Source: Candidatus Poribacteria bacterium
GTDB lineage: Bacteria; Poribacteria; WGA-4E; PCPOR2b
Reading direction: 5' to 3'
DNA length: 64,000 bases
Assembly (NCBI GenBank): GCA_965215015.1
Contig: OZ244042.1
Span: 3,488,001-3,552,000 of the forward strand
Shown here piece after piece: positions 9,058 through 19,894 of this stretch (positions are counted from its first letter, which is position 1; each line of letters starts with the position of its first letter). The notes beneath the pieces are model-generated. The model ran no database searches and was not told the DNA's origin. It saw nothing but the letters and a program-made list of their open reading frames with translations. The translations under genes were made by a program, and so were the position numbers.

Positions 9058-12000
9058 ATGACTGACCAAGAAATCAAAAAGAGCGAAATTGAATCTGCTT
9101 TAGCGAAAATACCCTTCGGCGATTTTCTAGAAACCTCAAAGGAGCTGCTGGCGGTTTTGGGTTATCGGAGCCAACGCACTGTGAAACTTTCGGGTACAGC
9201 AGATGACTTTATTCATAGTTTTCCAGTCGAGAACAAAAACACCAAAACGGAACAAGAATTCCGCAACAACGCCACATCGGTAGAGCTAGTTTTTCAAGTT
9301 ACCAATGATGAAATTGCGGACAGTCAGCCAGACCTCTTTAAATCACGGCCCTTTGATAAAGGTTTGATAAAGAGCTTTCTTTTCTTTACGGTCGAGTTGG
9401 AAGGTAACGACTATCCTCGGAGCAAATACGCCCAGTTTACGAGAGAGATCAACAAGCGGCTGTCCATCCCAACGGTGGTTCTCTTCCGTATTGAACGTCG
9501 TTTGACCATAGCTTTTGTCGGTCGCCGTCCAAACCAGCGGGATACCTCCAAAGAGGTCCTTGAAAAAGTAACCCTGATCAAGGATATTCGTCCGGATAAT
9601 CCACACAGAGCGCATCTGGACATTTTATCTGAACTTTCGCTGGGGGCGTGCGCGAAGTGGATGGATGCCAACCATCAACCGAAAAACTTCGATGGTTTGC
9701 TCGAGGCTTGGCTCGCTCGACTGGACACCGAAGCACTCAATAAGCAGTTCTACCGGGAATTGTTCGCTTGGTTTGAATGGGCAGTTGATGAAGGGAAGTT
9801 CCCCACAAACGAAAATCGTACCTTGAAACAGGAGGAGCACGTCATCCGCTTAATCACGCGGCTGCTGTTCGTCTGGTTTATCAAAGAGAAGGGACTGGTC
9901 GCCGATGAACTGTTCAACGAAACGCACATCGCCCCATTGCTGAAAGACTATGACCGGGGCACGGGCGATTCCTACTACCGGGCGGTGCTACAGAACCTGT
10001 TTTTTGCCACGCTGAACACGGAGATAGAGAAGCGTGGCTTTAGCGAAGGGGGCAACCCGGTTCATCGCAATTTCTCACGGTATCGCTACAAAGACCAGAT
10101 AGCCAATCCCGACAAGCTGATCGGACTGTTCGCCCAAACACCATTTATCAACGGTGGCTTATTCGATTGTCTCGACAGCGAGGAGGCGACACGGGATGGT
10201 GGCTACCGGGTGGATTGCTTCTCCGATGTGCATTACAGTCAATTAAGTATTCCTAACCGTCTCTTCTTCGATGATGATTACGGTCTGATTCCCCTATTGG
10301 AACGGTACAAGTTCACCGTTGAGGAAAACACACCGATAGAGCAGGAGGTCGCATTGGATCCGGAGCTGCTCGGTAAGGTGTTTGAAAACCTGCTCGCTGC
10401 GTATAACCCTGAAACCGGCGCGACAGCACGGAGGCAGACCGGTTCCTATTACACCCCACGTGCCATAGTGGACTACATGGTAGAGGAGGCGTTAGTAGCT
10501 ACGCTTGCAGGACGGGTGTCGCCGACGGACGGAGACCCGAAGTTTTGGGACGATCGGTTGTGCTATCTGTTCGATTATGCGAAGGCGTTTGACGATGCGA
10601 GCGAACGGTTCGATAGCTGTGAATCGGACCGGGTTGTGCGGGCAATTTCAGAACTGAAGATACTTGACCCCGCCGTCGGTTCCGGGGCGTTTCCGATGGG
10701 GATACTGCATAAACTGACGCTTGCCCTACGACGGCTGGACCCCGATAACACCCGATGGGAGACATTGCAAAAGGAACGTGCCGCCCAGCGCGCGGCGGAT
10801 GCGTTCGATACGGCAGATGACCACATACGCCGTGAGGCACTCCTCGAAATCAACGAAACTTTCAAACGGTACCGCGATTCGGATTTCGGACGGAAGTTGT
10901 ATCTGATCCAAAACAGCATCTTTGGTGTGGACATTCAATCCATCGCCTGCCAAATTGCCAAACTCCGCTTCTTCATCTCCCTTGCCATTGAGCAGGAGCC
11001 GGATAGGGCCGCAGATAACTTTGGGATTAAGCCGTTGCCGAATCTGGAGACACGCTTTATCGCGGCAAATACGCTAATCGGTCTCGAAGGCGAACGAACC
11101 CTGACCAGCCCCAGGGCGAAAGCATTGGAAGGGAAATTGAGTGAGAACCGCGAGCGGCATTTTCACGCCACAACACGCTCACAGAAACTCGACTGTAAAC
11201 GAGCGGACAAAAAATTGAGACAAGAATTGGCGACGGAATTACGCCATATCGGGATGCCCGCCGATGATGCGAATAAAGTCGCCGCTTGGGACCCTTATGA
11301 CCAGAACGCAAGCGCGGATTGGTTCGATCCGGAGTGGATGTTTGGGGTTACGGACGGCTTTGATGTCGTCATTGGCAATCCGCCGTATATTCAATTGCAA
11401 AGAGATGGCGGGAGATTGGGACATTTGTATGCACCGTGCAATTTTGACAGTTTTATCAGGACAGGGGATATTTACTGTCTGTTCTATGAAAAAGCGAATC
11501 AACTGTTGAAAAACGGCGGGCATGGCTGTCTTATTACCTCCAACAAATGGATGCGTGCAGCGTATGGCAAAAAGTTGAGGGATTACTTGATTGGATATAC
11601 CCAACCCATTCAACTGCTCGACATGGGGCCGGATGTGTTTGATGCCACCGTGGACACCAACATCTTGCTACTCAGAAATACTATGCCCGATGCTTACTCG
11701 GTATTCAAAGCGGCAACTATCAAATCCGATTTTGACATACACACCGGTGCCATAGCCCCATACCTGAACGCTAGCGGCGTAGCTATGGAACTGCCCGCTA
11801 CAGGCGAACCGTGGGCGATACTCTCACCTGCGGAACTTGCCTTGAAACGCAAAATAGAGCATGTCGGCAAACCGCTCAAGGATTGGGATATAAACATCTA
11901 TTTCGGAATTAAAACAGGTTGTAACGAAGCATTTATCATAGACGAAGCCAAGCGCGAAGAACTGGTGGCAGAAGACCCAAAGTCAGCCGAAATCATCAAA

Positions 12001-12684
12001 CCACTTCTGCGCGGCCGAGACATTGAGCGCTATTATCCCCGATGGTCGGGATTGTACATACTGGCAACCGATTACGATCTGGATGTCCCCAACGACTATC
12101 CCGCTATCTATAGCTACCTGCAAACCATAGGGGAGCAGATAGCAGATAAAATCGCGCGACAAACGCAAGCAAGACGTAGAGGACTGTTTAATAGGGATGA
12201 TCAAGGTGAGAATTGGTGGAATCTGAGAGCTTGTGCTTACTACCCTGAATTTGAGCGGGAGAAGATTGTTTGGCAAGAGATGGCAACGAAAGGAACATTT
12301 CTTATTGATAGAAACCAATTCTATTCGCTTGATACCACACGGATATTAACGGGCAAAAATCTTACCTACCTTATTGGTATCCTAAATTCAAAGTTCTTTC
12401 TTTTCGCATTTAGGAATTACTATGCGGGGGGTCATTTAGGTTCAAGAGGAGTCAGATTTAAGAGTGAGTTCATGAAACGCTTCCCTGTTCCCCCTGTTAC
12501 AGAAGCAAACCAACACCTTGCTGCACAGATAGAAGCGCGTGTTGACCAAATCCTCGCTGCCAAAGAGACTGACCCGGAGGCGGATGTATCTAAACTTGAA
12601 AATGAGATTGATCAGATAGTATACTTGTTATACGGTCTGACTCCTGAAGAAATCGGTATTGTGGATTGTGCGGAACATGTCTGA
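9058..12684 (+). CDS. Type IIG-like restriction-modification enzyme (Eco57I/TaqI-like N6-adenine methyltransferase with C-terminal TRD)
   Basis: FINGGLF, GSYYTP, ILDPAVGSGAF (motif I), IGNPPY (motif IV), TaqI_C-like tail with EIDQIVYLLYGLT. Confidence 0.88.
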   Translation: MTDQEIKKSEIESALAKIPFGDFLETSKELLAVLGYRSQRTVKLSGTADDFIHSFPVENKNTKTEQEFRNNATSVELVFQVTNDEIADSQPDLFKSRPFDKGLIKSFLFFTVELEGNDYPRSKYAQFTREINKRLSIPTVVLFRIERRLTIAFVGRRPNQRDTSKEVLEKVTLIKDIRPDNPHRAHLDILSELSLGACAKWMDANHQPKNFDGLLEAWLARLDTEALNKQFYRELFAWFEWAVDEGKFPTNENRTLKQEEHVIRLITRLLFVWFIKEKGLVADELFNETHIAPLLKDYDRGTGDSYYRAVLQNLFFATLNTEIEKRGFSEGGNPVHRNFSRYRYKDQIANPDKLIGLFAQTPFINGGLFDCLDSEEATRDGGYRVDCFSDVHYSQLSIPNRLFFDDDYGLIPLLERYKFTVEENTPIEQEVALDPELLGKVFENLLAAYNPETGATARRQTGSYYTPRAIVDYMVEEALVATLAGRVSPTDGDPKFWDDRLCYLFDYAKAFDDASERFDSCESDRVVRAISELKILDPAVGSGAFPMGILHKLTLALRRLDPDNTRWETLQKERAAQRAADAFDTADDHIRREALLEINETFKRYRDSDFGRKLYLIQNSIFGVDIQSIACQIAKLRFFISLAIEQEPDRAADNFGIKPLPNLETRFIAANTLIGLEGERTLTSPRAKALEGKLSENRERHFHATTRSQKLDCKRADKKLRQELATELRHIGMPADDANKVAAWDPYDQNASADWFDPEWMFGVTDGFDVVIGNPPYIQLQRDGGRLGHLYAPCNFDSFIRTGDIYCLFYEKANQLLKNGGHGCLITSNKWMRAAYGKKLRDYLIGYTQPIQLLDMGPDVFDATVDTNILLLRNTMPDAYSVFKAATIKSDFDIHTGAIAPYLNASGVAMELPATGEPWAILSPAELALKRKIEHVGKPLKDWDINIYFGIKTGCNEAFIIDEAKREELVAEDPKSAEIIKPLLRGRDIERYYPRWSGLYILATDYDLDVPNDYPAIYSYLQTIGEQIADKIARQTQARRRGLFNRDDQGENWWNLRACAYYPEFEREKIVWQEMATKGTFLIDRNQFYSLDTTRILTGKNLTYLIGILNSKFFLFAFRNYYAGGHLGSRGVRFKSEFMKRFPVPPVTEANQHLAAQIEARVDQILAAKETDPEADVSKLENEIDQIVYLLYGLTPEEIGIVDCAEHV

Positions 12685-12779
12685 ATCAGGATTTTCAGGC
12701 TGGCGGGATAAACAGGATAGAAATGGCAGCATCTAAAAATCGTGAGAATCCTAGAATCTGGTGAATCCTGATTCTGACA
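12678..12779. repeat. Short inverted-repeat element (TGTCTGAATCAGGATT...AATCCTGATTCTGACA); related end at about 33812
   Basis: Terminal inverted repeat overlapping the RM gene stop codon. Confidence 0.6.
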
Positions 12780-12827
12780 ATTGTATACTATTGATGCCTC
12801 TGTAAGCCGATAGCCCTCGCTTAATCC

Positions 12828-12857
12828 TTGACATGCCTCCTTGTAATGTTCTATACT
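12828..12857 (+). promoter_or_regulatory. sigma70-type promoter
   Basis: TTGACA-N18-TATACT followed by RBS AGGAGG before GTG 12879. Confidence 0.65.
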
Positions 12858-12878
12858 GTCTAAAAAGGAGGTTGTGAC

Positions 12879-15239
12879 GTGGTACGACGGACAACGCCAG
12901 AAGTGCTATTCACCGAAACGCCTCGGACTCACATTGAACCCCTTCGCGTTTCAGCGGTTTTGCTGATAGCGTGGGCGTGTCTGTTGCGATCCGCGCTTGC
13001 CCAACATACGGATCCGTTAGGAAACCCCGTTTTTGATAAGAGTGGGAAAGAGCTGTATACACTCCAAGCGAGCTTTGGTGTCTTGGGAGGGGACTCGCTC
13101 CTGCGCCGTGACTCGGAATTTCGTAAGAAGACGAGCAATCGGAACTTCTTCACCTTCAACATTCCGGGCGAAAATGTGCTCCATCAGTTGACAGTCGGTA
13201 ACTTTCCGACCAAATTTTCGAGCTTCACGCTCAATAAGGAGCTCTTTGATGCAGCCCGCTGGAATATAACGGTTCCGAAAGCAGGTGGCAGGGTGTCCGC
13301 GTTTGTGGGGAGGGTAACGCACAACACTTTTGCGCTCTCCGGGGATCGGGTCAAACCGATTGAGGACAGAGATGTTGTGAGTCAATCCGACTGGTTCATG
13401 GCGGGTTTACGAGTGGAAGCAAATCTCGGTGCCCATGGAGTTCAATGGGGGGCGTTGCCAGAGTTTACTGTACCGTTGCCTAGGGTCGGGTTTAACTATG
13501 TGAATCGGTTCTTTACTAACTATGACCTCACTCGCACGACCAATCCGTTTCGGGGTGTTACGATTGCCAACCCGCCGCCGGAATTGTACCTGCGTTTCAG
13601 CGATGCCTCGCCGGAGAACCCCGGCGGCGCAAAGATTTTTCGTGTCCGCGTTTTTATTGATGATGCCGTGGCGTACGACATCATCGGCGGCAGAGAGCTG
13701 CCCGGTGTGCTGCTATTCCCGAATAACAGTATGCGAGACGGAGATTCACGCTGGGTAGATGGCGAAGGGACGTTTACCTATCGATTCTTCCTGTTCAGTC
13801 CACAGGAGATCAACCGGGTACGGTTTGAGATTGATATCGCCAACGACTACCAGGTTGAACTTTCAACAAACAATCAGGATTTTCAGCTCGAGTTAAGTGC
13901 GCCGGGCAACGTTAAGGACGAATCGAATCGGAAGGTACATCGGTTTGAATATGGGGAATTGACCGATGAGGCAACGATGGGATTTGATCTTCAAACGACG
14001 CTGCTCGGATTTTCGATTGAGGCAGAACGGGCATGGTATGTGCAAACGAAACAGTATCCGCTCCTCAGCGGTAGGCGGGCCCACCGCACAACCGGGGCGT
14101 GGTTCATTGACGTGAATCGGAATTTTGGTCCGGTGACTTGGCGCAGTGAGATTACGCGGATTGCTCCCTTTTACACCGCAAGAAATTTCATAGACGATAA
14201 CGACGACGATGACCCCTATGCGGATTCCCGTGAGCCGGAGATTTTAATTTCAGGGAATACAAAGGACGATCTGGACGGCGATCGGGTCAAGGATTGGGAT
14301 GACGATTTCCTGCTGTTCTTCGCGGATCCGCCGAGATTCCGCTTAGGACTCAACCGCGAATCGATCGACTTCAACAACAACGGTCAGCCGGATAATCTTG
14401 AAGACGATGATAAACCGGACTACCGTTACGATTATGATGAGGGCTCTTCTGGACATCATACCTACCTCAAGGTTGAATTGCCATTTGTAGAAGGGCTTTC
14501 GGTGCTACCCGGATATTATGAAAAACATCTGATTCTTCAACACAAGAGCGCGAGAGGATGGTATAATGTTCTATCTTACGCGCCGAAGTCAATTCCCCAT
14601 TTTGGGACGATTCTCTTTCGGTACACTTTTCGCAGATCTCATGATATTATCCCTGATGATGTTGTGATTCGCAGTACCGGCGATCTGATTGAAGATAACT
14701 TGGTGCTTCAAAGGTATCTCGGCAACATTTTCACAATGATTGTTGATTACCAAAATATCAAGAATCTCACGATTCGCAGCAAATTCAAATACCAGCGGGA
14801 TACATTGTTCCACAGTCGTCAGCGGGTTATCGACACGGCTTTGATTAATCAGATCCGCTATGACTATAAAATTCGTGAAGACCTGACTATTGCCCCGGCA
14901 TTTCGGAGTGATCGAAACATCGGTTATACTTTTCCTTTTCACAAACGAAATACCGTTGATACTATCCGAAACGCTTATATCTTGATTTTGACCCATCAGG
15001 TTGCGGCTCAGTTACAATTGAGTGCCGGCGCACAATTTTTGACGTGGCGCGACTTCAACGATTCGCAACGAAATTTTAACCGAACCGTTAGCTTTTTGGA
15101 ACTTGTGCTACAGGGTGATGCCTTTGGTCAGCGAATGGGGCTATTGATTACCGCTGATTATGTTATCCAGAACTTCCTTGAACCGATTGGGGGCGCAGAA
15201 AGACACACGAACATTGGGATTTCGTTGTTCTTGTTGTAG
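12879..15239 (+). CDS. Hypothetical secreted or outer-membrane protein with acidic, possibly Ca-binding loops
   Basis: Signal-like segment ending ALA-Q; amphipathic beta-strand pattern; DDNDDDD, DLDGD and DFNNNG motifs. Confidence 0.7.
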   Translation: MVRRTTPEVLFTETPRTHIEPLRVSAVLLIAWACLLRSALAQHTDPLGNPVFDKSGKELYTLQASFGVLGGDSLLRRDSEFRKKTSNRNFFTFNIPGENVLHQLTVGNFPTKFSSFTLNKELFDAARWNITVPKAGGRVSAFVGRVTHNTFALSGDRVKPIEDRDVVSQSDWFMAGLRVEANLGAHGVQWGALPEFTVPLPRVGFNYVNRFFTNYDLTRTTNPFRGVTIANPPPELYLRFSDASPENPGGAKIFRVRVFIDDAVAYDIIGGRELPGVLLFPNNSMRDGDSRWVDGEGTFTYRFFLFSPQEINRVRFEIDIANDYQVELSTNNQDFQLELSAPGNVKDESNRKVHRFEYGELTDEATMGFDLQTTLLGFSIEAERAWYVQTKQYPLLSGRRAHRTTGAWFIDVNRNFGPVTWRSEITRIAPFYTARNFIDDNDDDDPYADSREPEILISGNTKDDLDGDRVKDWDDDFLLFFADPPRFRLGLNRESIDFNNNGQPDNLEDDDKPDYRYDYDEGSSGHHTYLKVELPFVEGLSVLPGYYEKHLILQHKSARGWYNVLSYAPKSIPHFGTILFRYTFRRSHDIIPDDVVIRSTGDLIEDNLVLQRYLGNIFTMIVDYQNIKNLTIRSKFKYQRDTLFHSRQRVIDTALINQIRYDYKIREDLTIAPAFRSDRNIGYTFPFHKRNTVDTIRNAYILILTHQVAAQLQLSAGAQFLTWRDFNDSQRNFNRTVSFLELVLQGDAFGQRMGLLITADYVIQNFLEPIGGAERHTNIGISLFLL

Positions 15240-15276
15240 TACCCTGCCAAGATCAAGGATTAGAAATTTAAATAAA

Positions 15277-15367
15277 GGTTCATGTCAAAAGAACGTGCAA
15301 AACGCTAAGAGAACTCGAATTTTTGGCAAAAACTTGGTTTCTGTTGCACGATTTCTTAACATGAATC
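15277..15367 (+). mobile_element. MITE-like element family A (ends GGTTCATGTCAAAAGAA.GTGCAA ... TTGCACGATTTCTTAACATGAA)
   Basis: Imperfect TIRs; copies at 30223-30314, 36010-36100, 22774-22977(-), 57479-57660(-); partial ends at about 18350, 30639 and 38204. Confidence 0.7.
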
Positions 15368-15389
15368 TAAATAGAAAGGAGTAACAACC

Positions 15390-16355
15390 ATGCAAGGACA
15401 ACCGTGGGATGAGATGCAGCCGTATTTTCGACTCATTACTCCCAAACGTATTATTTTGGTGATTGTTATTTTACTTGCTATCGTCATATCCTTGACCAGT
15501 ATGTACACCGTCCAGGCGGATGAGGTGGTTGTGGTGCTAAGGTTTGGCAAGTATATCGACACGACTCAACCCGGCTTGCGCTTCAAGCTACCGTTTGGCA
15601 TTGACCAAGTCATCGGTGTGCCTGTCAAAAGGATATTCAAAGAGGAGTTTGGGTTTCGTACGCTTCGCGCAGGGGTTCGTACCCAATATGACCCCAGAGA
15701 TTATTCTGATGAATCACTTCTGTTGACCGGAGATCTCAGCATCGCTGATGTTGAATGGGTGGTTCAATATCAGATTAGTGATCCAAGGAAGTTCCTGTTT
15801 GACATCCGCGATGCGACCCGTTCCCTGCGCGATCTCTCCGAAGCGGTTATGCGGACTGTCGTGGGTGACCGGACCGTCACGGAAGTATTGACCGTCGGGC
15901 GTATTGAGATTGCCGCCGAGGTGAAACAACGCCTTCAAGAGCTACTGGATCGGTACAACACCGGTTTGCTCCTTGTAAACGTGACCCTGCAAGATGTGAA
16001 TCCCCCGGAAACAGTGAAGCCCTCTTTCAATGCTGTCAATGAGGCAAAACAGGAGAAAGAGAAGCTAATCAACGAGGCGCGGAAAGATTACAACGAATCT
16101 GTCCCGAAAGCCAAGGGGGTTGCGCGGCAACAGATTTTGGAAGCGGAGGGATACGCGCTCAAGCGTGTCAACGAAGCCAGAGGGGATGCCGACCGATTCA
16201 ACGCCATCCGTCGAGAGTATCAAAATGCCAAGGCAGTGACCCGTCGCAGACTCTATCTGGAAGCGATGAACACGGTGCTGCCCAAGGTCAAAGAAATTTA
16301 TGTGATCGATGGTGAGGCGAATACTCCACTCCCCATTTTACAACTCGATAGATAG
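15390..16355 (+). CDS. hflK: FtsH protease modulator HflK
   Basis: SPFH domain with VVLRFGK, LLTGD, DVNPP and VTRRRLYLEAM; upstream of hflC. Confidence 0.92.
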   Translation: MQGQPWDEMQPYFRLITPKRIILVIVILLAIVISLTSMYTVQADEVVVVLRFGKYIDTTQPGLRFKLPFGIDQVIGVPVKRIFKEEFGFRTLRAGVRTQYDPRDYSDESLLLTGDLSIADVEWVVQYQISDPRKFLFDIRDATRSLRDLSEAVMRTVVGDRTVTEVLTVGRIEIAAEVKQRLQELLDRYNTGLLLVNVTLQDVNPPETVKPSFNAVNEAKQEKEKLINEARKDYNESVPKAKGVARQQILEAEGYALKRVNEARGDADRFNAIRREYQNAKAVTRRRLYLEAMNTVLPKVKEIYVIDGEANTPLPILQLDR

Positions 16356-16385
16356 CAATATTCATCTCACGAAAGGATATCCACG

Positions 16386-17360
16386 ATGACCTCTAAAACA
16401 CTGATATCAATAATCGTTGTTCTCATCATCGCTGTTTTCTTAGCCTCAACTGTATTCTACACGGTTCGTGAAGATGAACAGGTGGTGATTACCCAATTTG
16501 GCGAAGCGATCAAAGCAACGGCTGAAGCGGGATTGAAGATGAAGACGCCGTTCATCCAGAAAGTCCAGCGTTTGGAAAAACGGATTCTCGAATGGGATGG
16601 TTCCCCCAACGAGATTACGACGAAGGATAAGCGGTTCATCTGGTTAGATACCACCGCCCGCTGGCGCATTACAAATGCTCTGGCATTCTACGAGAAATTC
16701 CGAGGCGGGAGTCCAGAAGGGCTTGCTCAATCTCGGTTAGATGACATCATTGATTCGGCTGCCCGTGATTTGGTGACGGGCCAACTGCTAGTCGAAGTCG
16801 TACGCAACTCAGACCGTATTCTGGATCTTAACCTGGAGGAACTGGATCAAGACGAAGGGAGTGGGAATAGCGAACCGTTGGAGAGTATTTCGGTCGGACG
16901 GGATAAAATTGCGAAAATGATCCTCGAAAAAGCGCGTCAGAGCACCCCTCAAGACTGGGGGATTGAGCTAATTGATGTACGGATTAAACGGATTAACTAT
17001 GTAGAGACAGTCCGTCGGGAGGTTTTCGCCCAAATGATTTCCGAACGAGATCGAATTGCTGCCAAGTACCGGTCAGAGGGCCAAGGTGAGGCTGCAGATA
17101 TCATGGGACGGAAACAGAAGGAGCTGGAGCGCATTCAGTCTGAAGCTTACAAAACGGCGGAGCAGCTTAAGGGTGACGCCGACGCGCAAGCGATTCAGAT
17201 TTACGCCCAATCACACGGTCAAGATCCGGAGTTTTACGCGTTCCTCCAAACGCTGGAGACCTATCGTCAGACAATTGACTCCAACACTAAGCTGATTTTG
17301 ACGACGGATAGTGATCTCTATGACTATCTCAAAGGCACCGGACTGACAAACAGGCGGTAG
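16386..17360 (+). CDS. hflC: FtsH protease modulator HflC
   Basis: VITQFG, DVRIKRI, MISER, DPEFYAFLQTLETY. Confidence 0.93.
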   Translation: MTSKTLISIIVVLIIAVFLASTVFYTVREDEQVVITQFGEAIKATAEAGLKMKTPFIQKVQRLEKRILEWDGSPNEITTKDKRFIWLDTTARWRITNALAFYEKFRGGSPEGLAQSRLDDIIDSAARDLVTGQLLVEVVRNSDRILDLNLEELDQDEGSGNSEPLESISVGRDKIAKMILEKARQSTPQDWGIELIDVRIKRINYVETVRREVFAQMISERDRIAAKYRSEGQGEAADIMGRKQKELERIQSEAYKTAEQLKGDADAQAIQIYAQSHGQDPEFYAFLQTLETYRQTIDSNTKLILTTDSDLYDYLKGTGLTNRR

Positions 17361-17382
17361 CATCGGAAAGAGGTAGATATGA

Positions 17383-18315
17383 ATGATTAAATCACTCCGG
17401 TTATACCAAGAAAACAGCAATAGTGTTCCATGCGCGCCCGGCACAAAATCCGTTCAATACTCCCCTACCCGCCGGCACCCACCGTGGATTCGCGCACGCG
17501 TTCCATCGGGACCGAACTACACCGAACTCAAGCGGTTGATGCGTGATCTTGCGCTCCACACCGTCTGTGAGGAGGCGCAGTGTCCAAATATAGGTGAGTG
17601 CTGGGAAAGCCGATCAGCTACCTTCATGATCTTGGGCGATGTCTGTACCCGTCGGTGCATGTTTTGCGCGGTCACCAAAGGAAAGCCGGAGGGAGTTGAT
17701 TTTGATGAACCCCGTCGGCTCGGCGAAGCTGTGGGCCACTTGAAGCTGAAGCATGTGGTAATCACTTCCGTCAACCGCGATGAGCTTCCCGATGGTGGTG
17801 CCAGCATCTTTGCGGCGTGTATCCATGAGTCCCGTCGGCATAGTCCCGGCTGCACTGTTGAGGTGCTGATCCCAGACCTTGAAGGAAATTGGGACGCGCT
17901 TGCCGTGGTTGTCGAAGCCAAACCTGACGTTCTCAATCATAATACGGAGACGGTGCCGCGCCTCTATCGTAGGACTCGTCCGCAAGCTAAATATCAGCGG
18001 ACCTTAGACCTATTGCGTATCAGTAAAGAGATGGACGGAACGATGCTGACCAAGTCAGGCTTGATGGTGGGGTTAGGGGAGAGCACCACAGAATTGCTGC
18101 AAACGATGCAGGATATCCGCAATGCGAATTGTGACCTTTTGACAATCGGACAGTACCTTTCGCCGACATCGAGGCATCTGCCGATTCAGCAGTATTATAC
18201 CCCAGAGGAATTTGAAGAACTGAAAGCAGCGGGCATGGAGATGGGATTTCGGCATGTGGAATCGGGCCCGCTCGTCCGGAGTTCGTATCATGCGCGAGAA
18301 CAGGCGCAATTGTAA
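17383..18315 (+). CDS. lipA: Lipoyl synthase
   Basis: CEEAQCPNIGEC, CTRRCMFC, C-terminal RSSY. Confidence 0.96.
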   Translation: MIKSLRLYQENSNSVPCAPGTKSVQYSPTRRHPPWIRARVPSGPNYTELKRLMRDLALHTVCEEAQCPNIGECWESRSATFMILGDVCTRRCMFCAVTKGKPEGVDFDEPRRLGEAVGHLKLKHVVITSVNRDELPDGGASIFAACIHESRRHSPGCTVEVLIPDLEGNWDALAVVVEAKPDVLNHNTETVPRLYRRTRPQAKYQRTLDLLRISKEMDGTMLTKSGLMVGLGESTTELLQTMQDIRNANCDLLTIGQYLSPTSRHLPIQQYYTPEEFEELKAAGMEMGFRHVESGPLVRSSYHAREQAQL

Positions 18316-18459
18316 TCTATCGCTGTCTTGGCTGAGGATTTAGATTTATCCTTTTCTTTTGACATGAACCGTTGAAACGGAACTGAGTAAAGGGCTATCA
18401 GCGATCTTTTGATAAAGCACAACAGTTGATAGCCCCGTATGGCACAGACGAGGGACTTC

Positions 18460-18580
18460 TAACCCCCCTCAGTCCCCCCGCAGGCGGGGGGAGGCCACCA
18501 AGAACCCCCACCCCCGCAAGTGGGGACGCAACAATATCCACACGGTTCTTTTCCCCTCCGCTTGCGGGGGATTAGGGAGC
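18460..18580. repeat. Cluster of GC-rich CCCCGCAAG/CTTGCGGGG palindromes; similar at 38335-38398, 22816-22930 and 57521-57550
   Basis: Hairpins such as cccccgcaggcggggg; the segment cacggttcttttcccc is shared with about 38357. Confidence 0.65.
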
Positions 18581-18770
18581 CTTCCTGTGATGCACCGTCG
18601 GCCGATGCCGGCTCTGAAAACTCTGCTAGCTGTCTGTCAGGTGTTTGGACAATTGGGATTTGGGACCTCCCGAACCCTTGAACATTCTGACTTGTTAGGC
18701 GGCCGTTTTAAACCGTCTGTTGTGCTTGTCGCTAACAGGCGCAGAATGTTATACGAAAAGGAAATCCACA

Positions 18771-19772
18771 ATGCCATCCCAATACAGAATTTTGATAGCC
18801 GATGCCCCGTGGTCTATAGAGCCGGAACGGGAGGTCTTCGGAGAGATAGGCGCGAAGTTAATCGTTGCCGAGACTAAGACAGCGGAGGAACTGCTCTCTT
18901 TAGCCCCTCAAGTAGATGGGATACTTACTGACAGGCAGTCAATAACCGGCGATATCATAAGGGTTGCACAACGGTGCAAAGCCATCGCTCGATACGGGGT
19001 CGGGTTTGACAATGTGGCACTGGCGGAGGCGACAGCTGTGGGCATCGTTGTTACCAATGTCCCGGCTTACTGCATTGATGAAGTTACCGACCATGCCATG
19101 GCATTGCTGTTAGCGTGCGCTCGAAAGATTCCTCTGTTCGATAAGCACATCAATAGTTGGAATCGGGATGTGGGCCCCCCGATGCGCCGTATCCGTGGGC
19201 GGACGTTAGGCGTCATCGGGTTTGGTCGGATCGGGCGGGCAATCGCACCGAAGGCACAAGCCTTTGGATTGGAGATTATCGTTTTTGATCAGTATATTAC
19301 GTCGGAAGCCATTCAAGCGGCAGGGGCGGTGAAGGTTGAACTCCCTGAACTCCTCGCAAAATCTGATTTCATCTCGATTCATACGCCGTTAACGCCTGAA
19401 ACGCAGAACTTGATTGGTGAAGCCGAGCTTCGTCAAATGAAGCCCAACGCCTACCTCATCAACACTGCGCGAGGGGGTATCATTGATACAGTTGCGCTCT
19501 ACAAGGCATTGAACGAGGGTTGGATTGCTGGGGCAGGGCAGGATGTTCTGCCCCAGGAGCCCCCGGCCCCTGATGAGCCGCTGCTCACGCTGGAAAACGT
19601 CATTTTAACACCGCACGTTGCGTTCCTCTCCGAGGAGTCAACATACGATGCCCAGCGAACGGCAGCGTCAGAAGTTGCAAGGGTGTTGACGGGACAGCTG
19701 CCTGAATCGGTGGTGAATCCAGAGGTTCTAGACAGCCCCGCACTTCGCGCCAAAGGGCTCGCTGGAAAATGA
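18771..19772 (+). CDS. D-isomer-specific 2-hydroxyacid dehydrogenase (CtBP/SerA-like)
   Basis: RYGVGFDNV, GFGRIG, INTARG, ILTPHVAF. Confidence 0.92.
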   Translation: MPSQYRILIADAPWSIEPEREVFGEIGAKLIVAETKTAEELLSLAPQVDGILTDRQSITGDIIRVAQRCKAIARYGVGFDNVALAEATAVGIVVTNVPAYCIDEVTDHAMALLLACARKIPLFDKHINSWNRDVGPPMRRIRGRTLGVIGFGRIGRAIAPKAQAFGLEIIVFDQYITSEAIQAAGAVKVELPELLAKSDFISIHTPLTPETQNLIGEAELRQMKPNAYLINTARGGIIDTVALYKALNEGWIAGAGQDVLPQEPPAPDEPLLTLENVILTPHVAFLSEESTYDAQRTAASEVARVLTGQLPESVVNPEVLDSPALRAKGLAGK

Positions 19773-19894
19773 GAAGACAAGATGGTGAAAATGATCGGTT
19801 CCGATTTTGTTGTTCCGAGGGAACTTACGAAACCGTGAATACCGATCCTTGATCGGGAGATCCAAAGCAATATGCCTATTACTAGCAACTTGGG

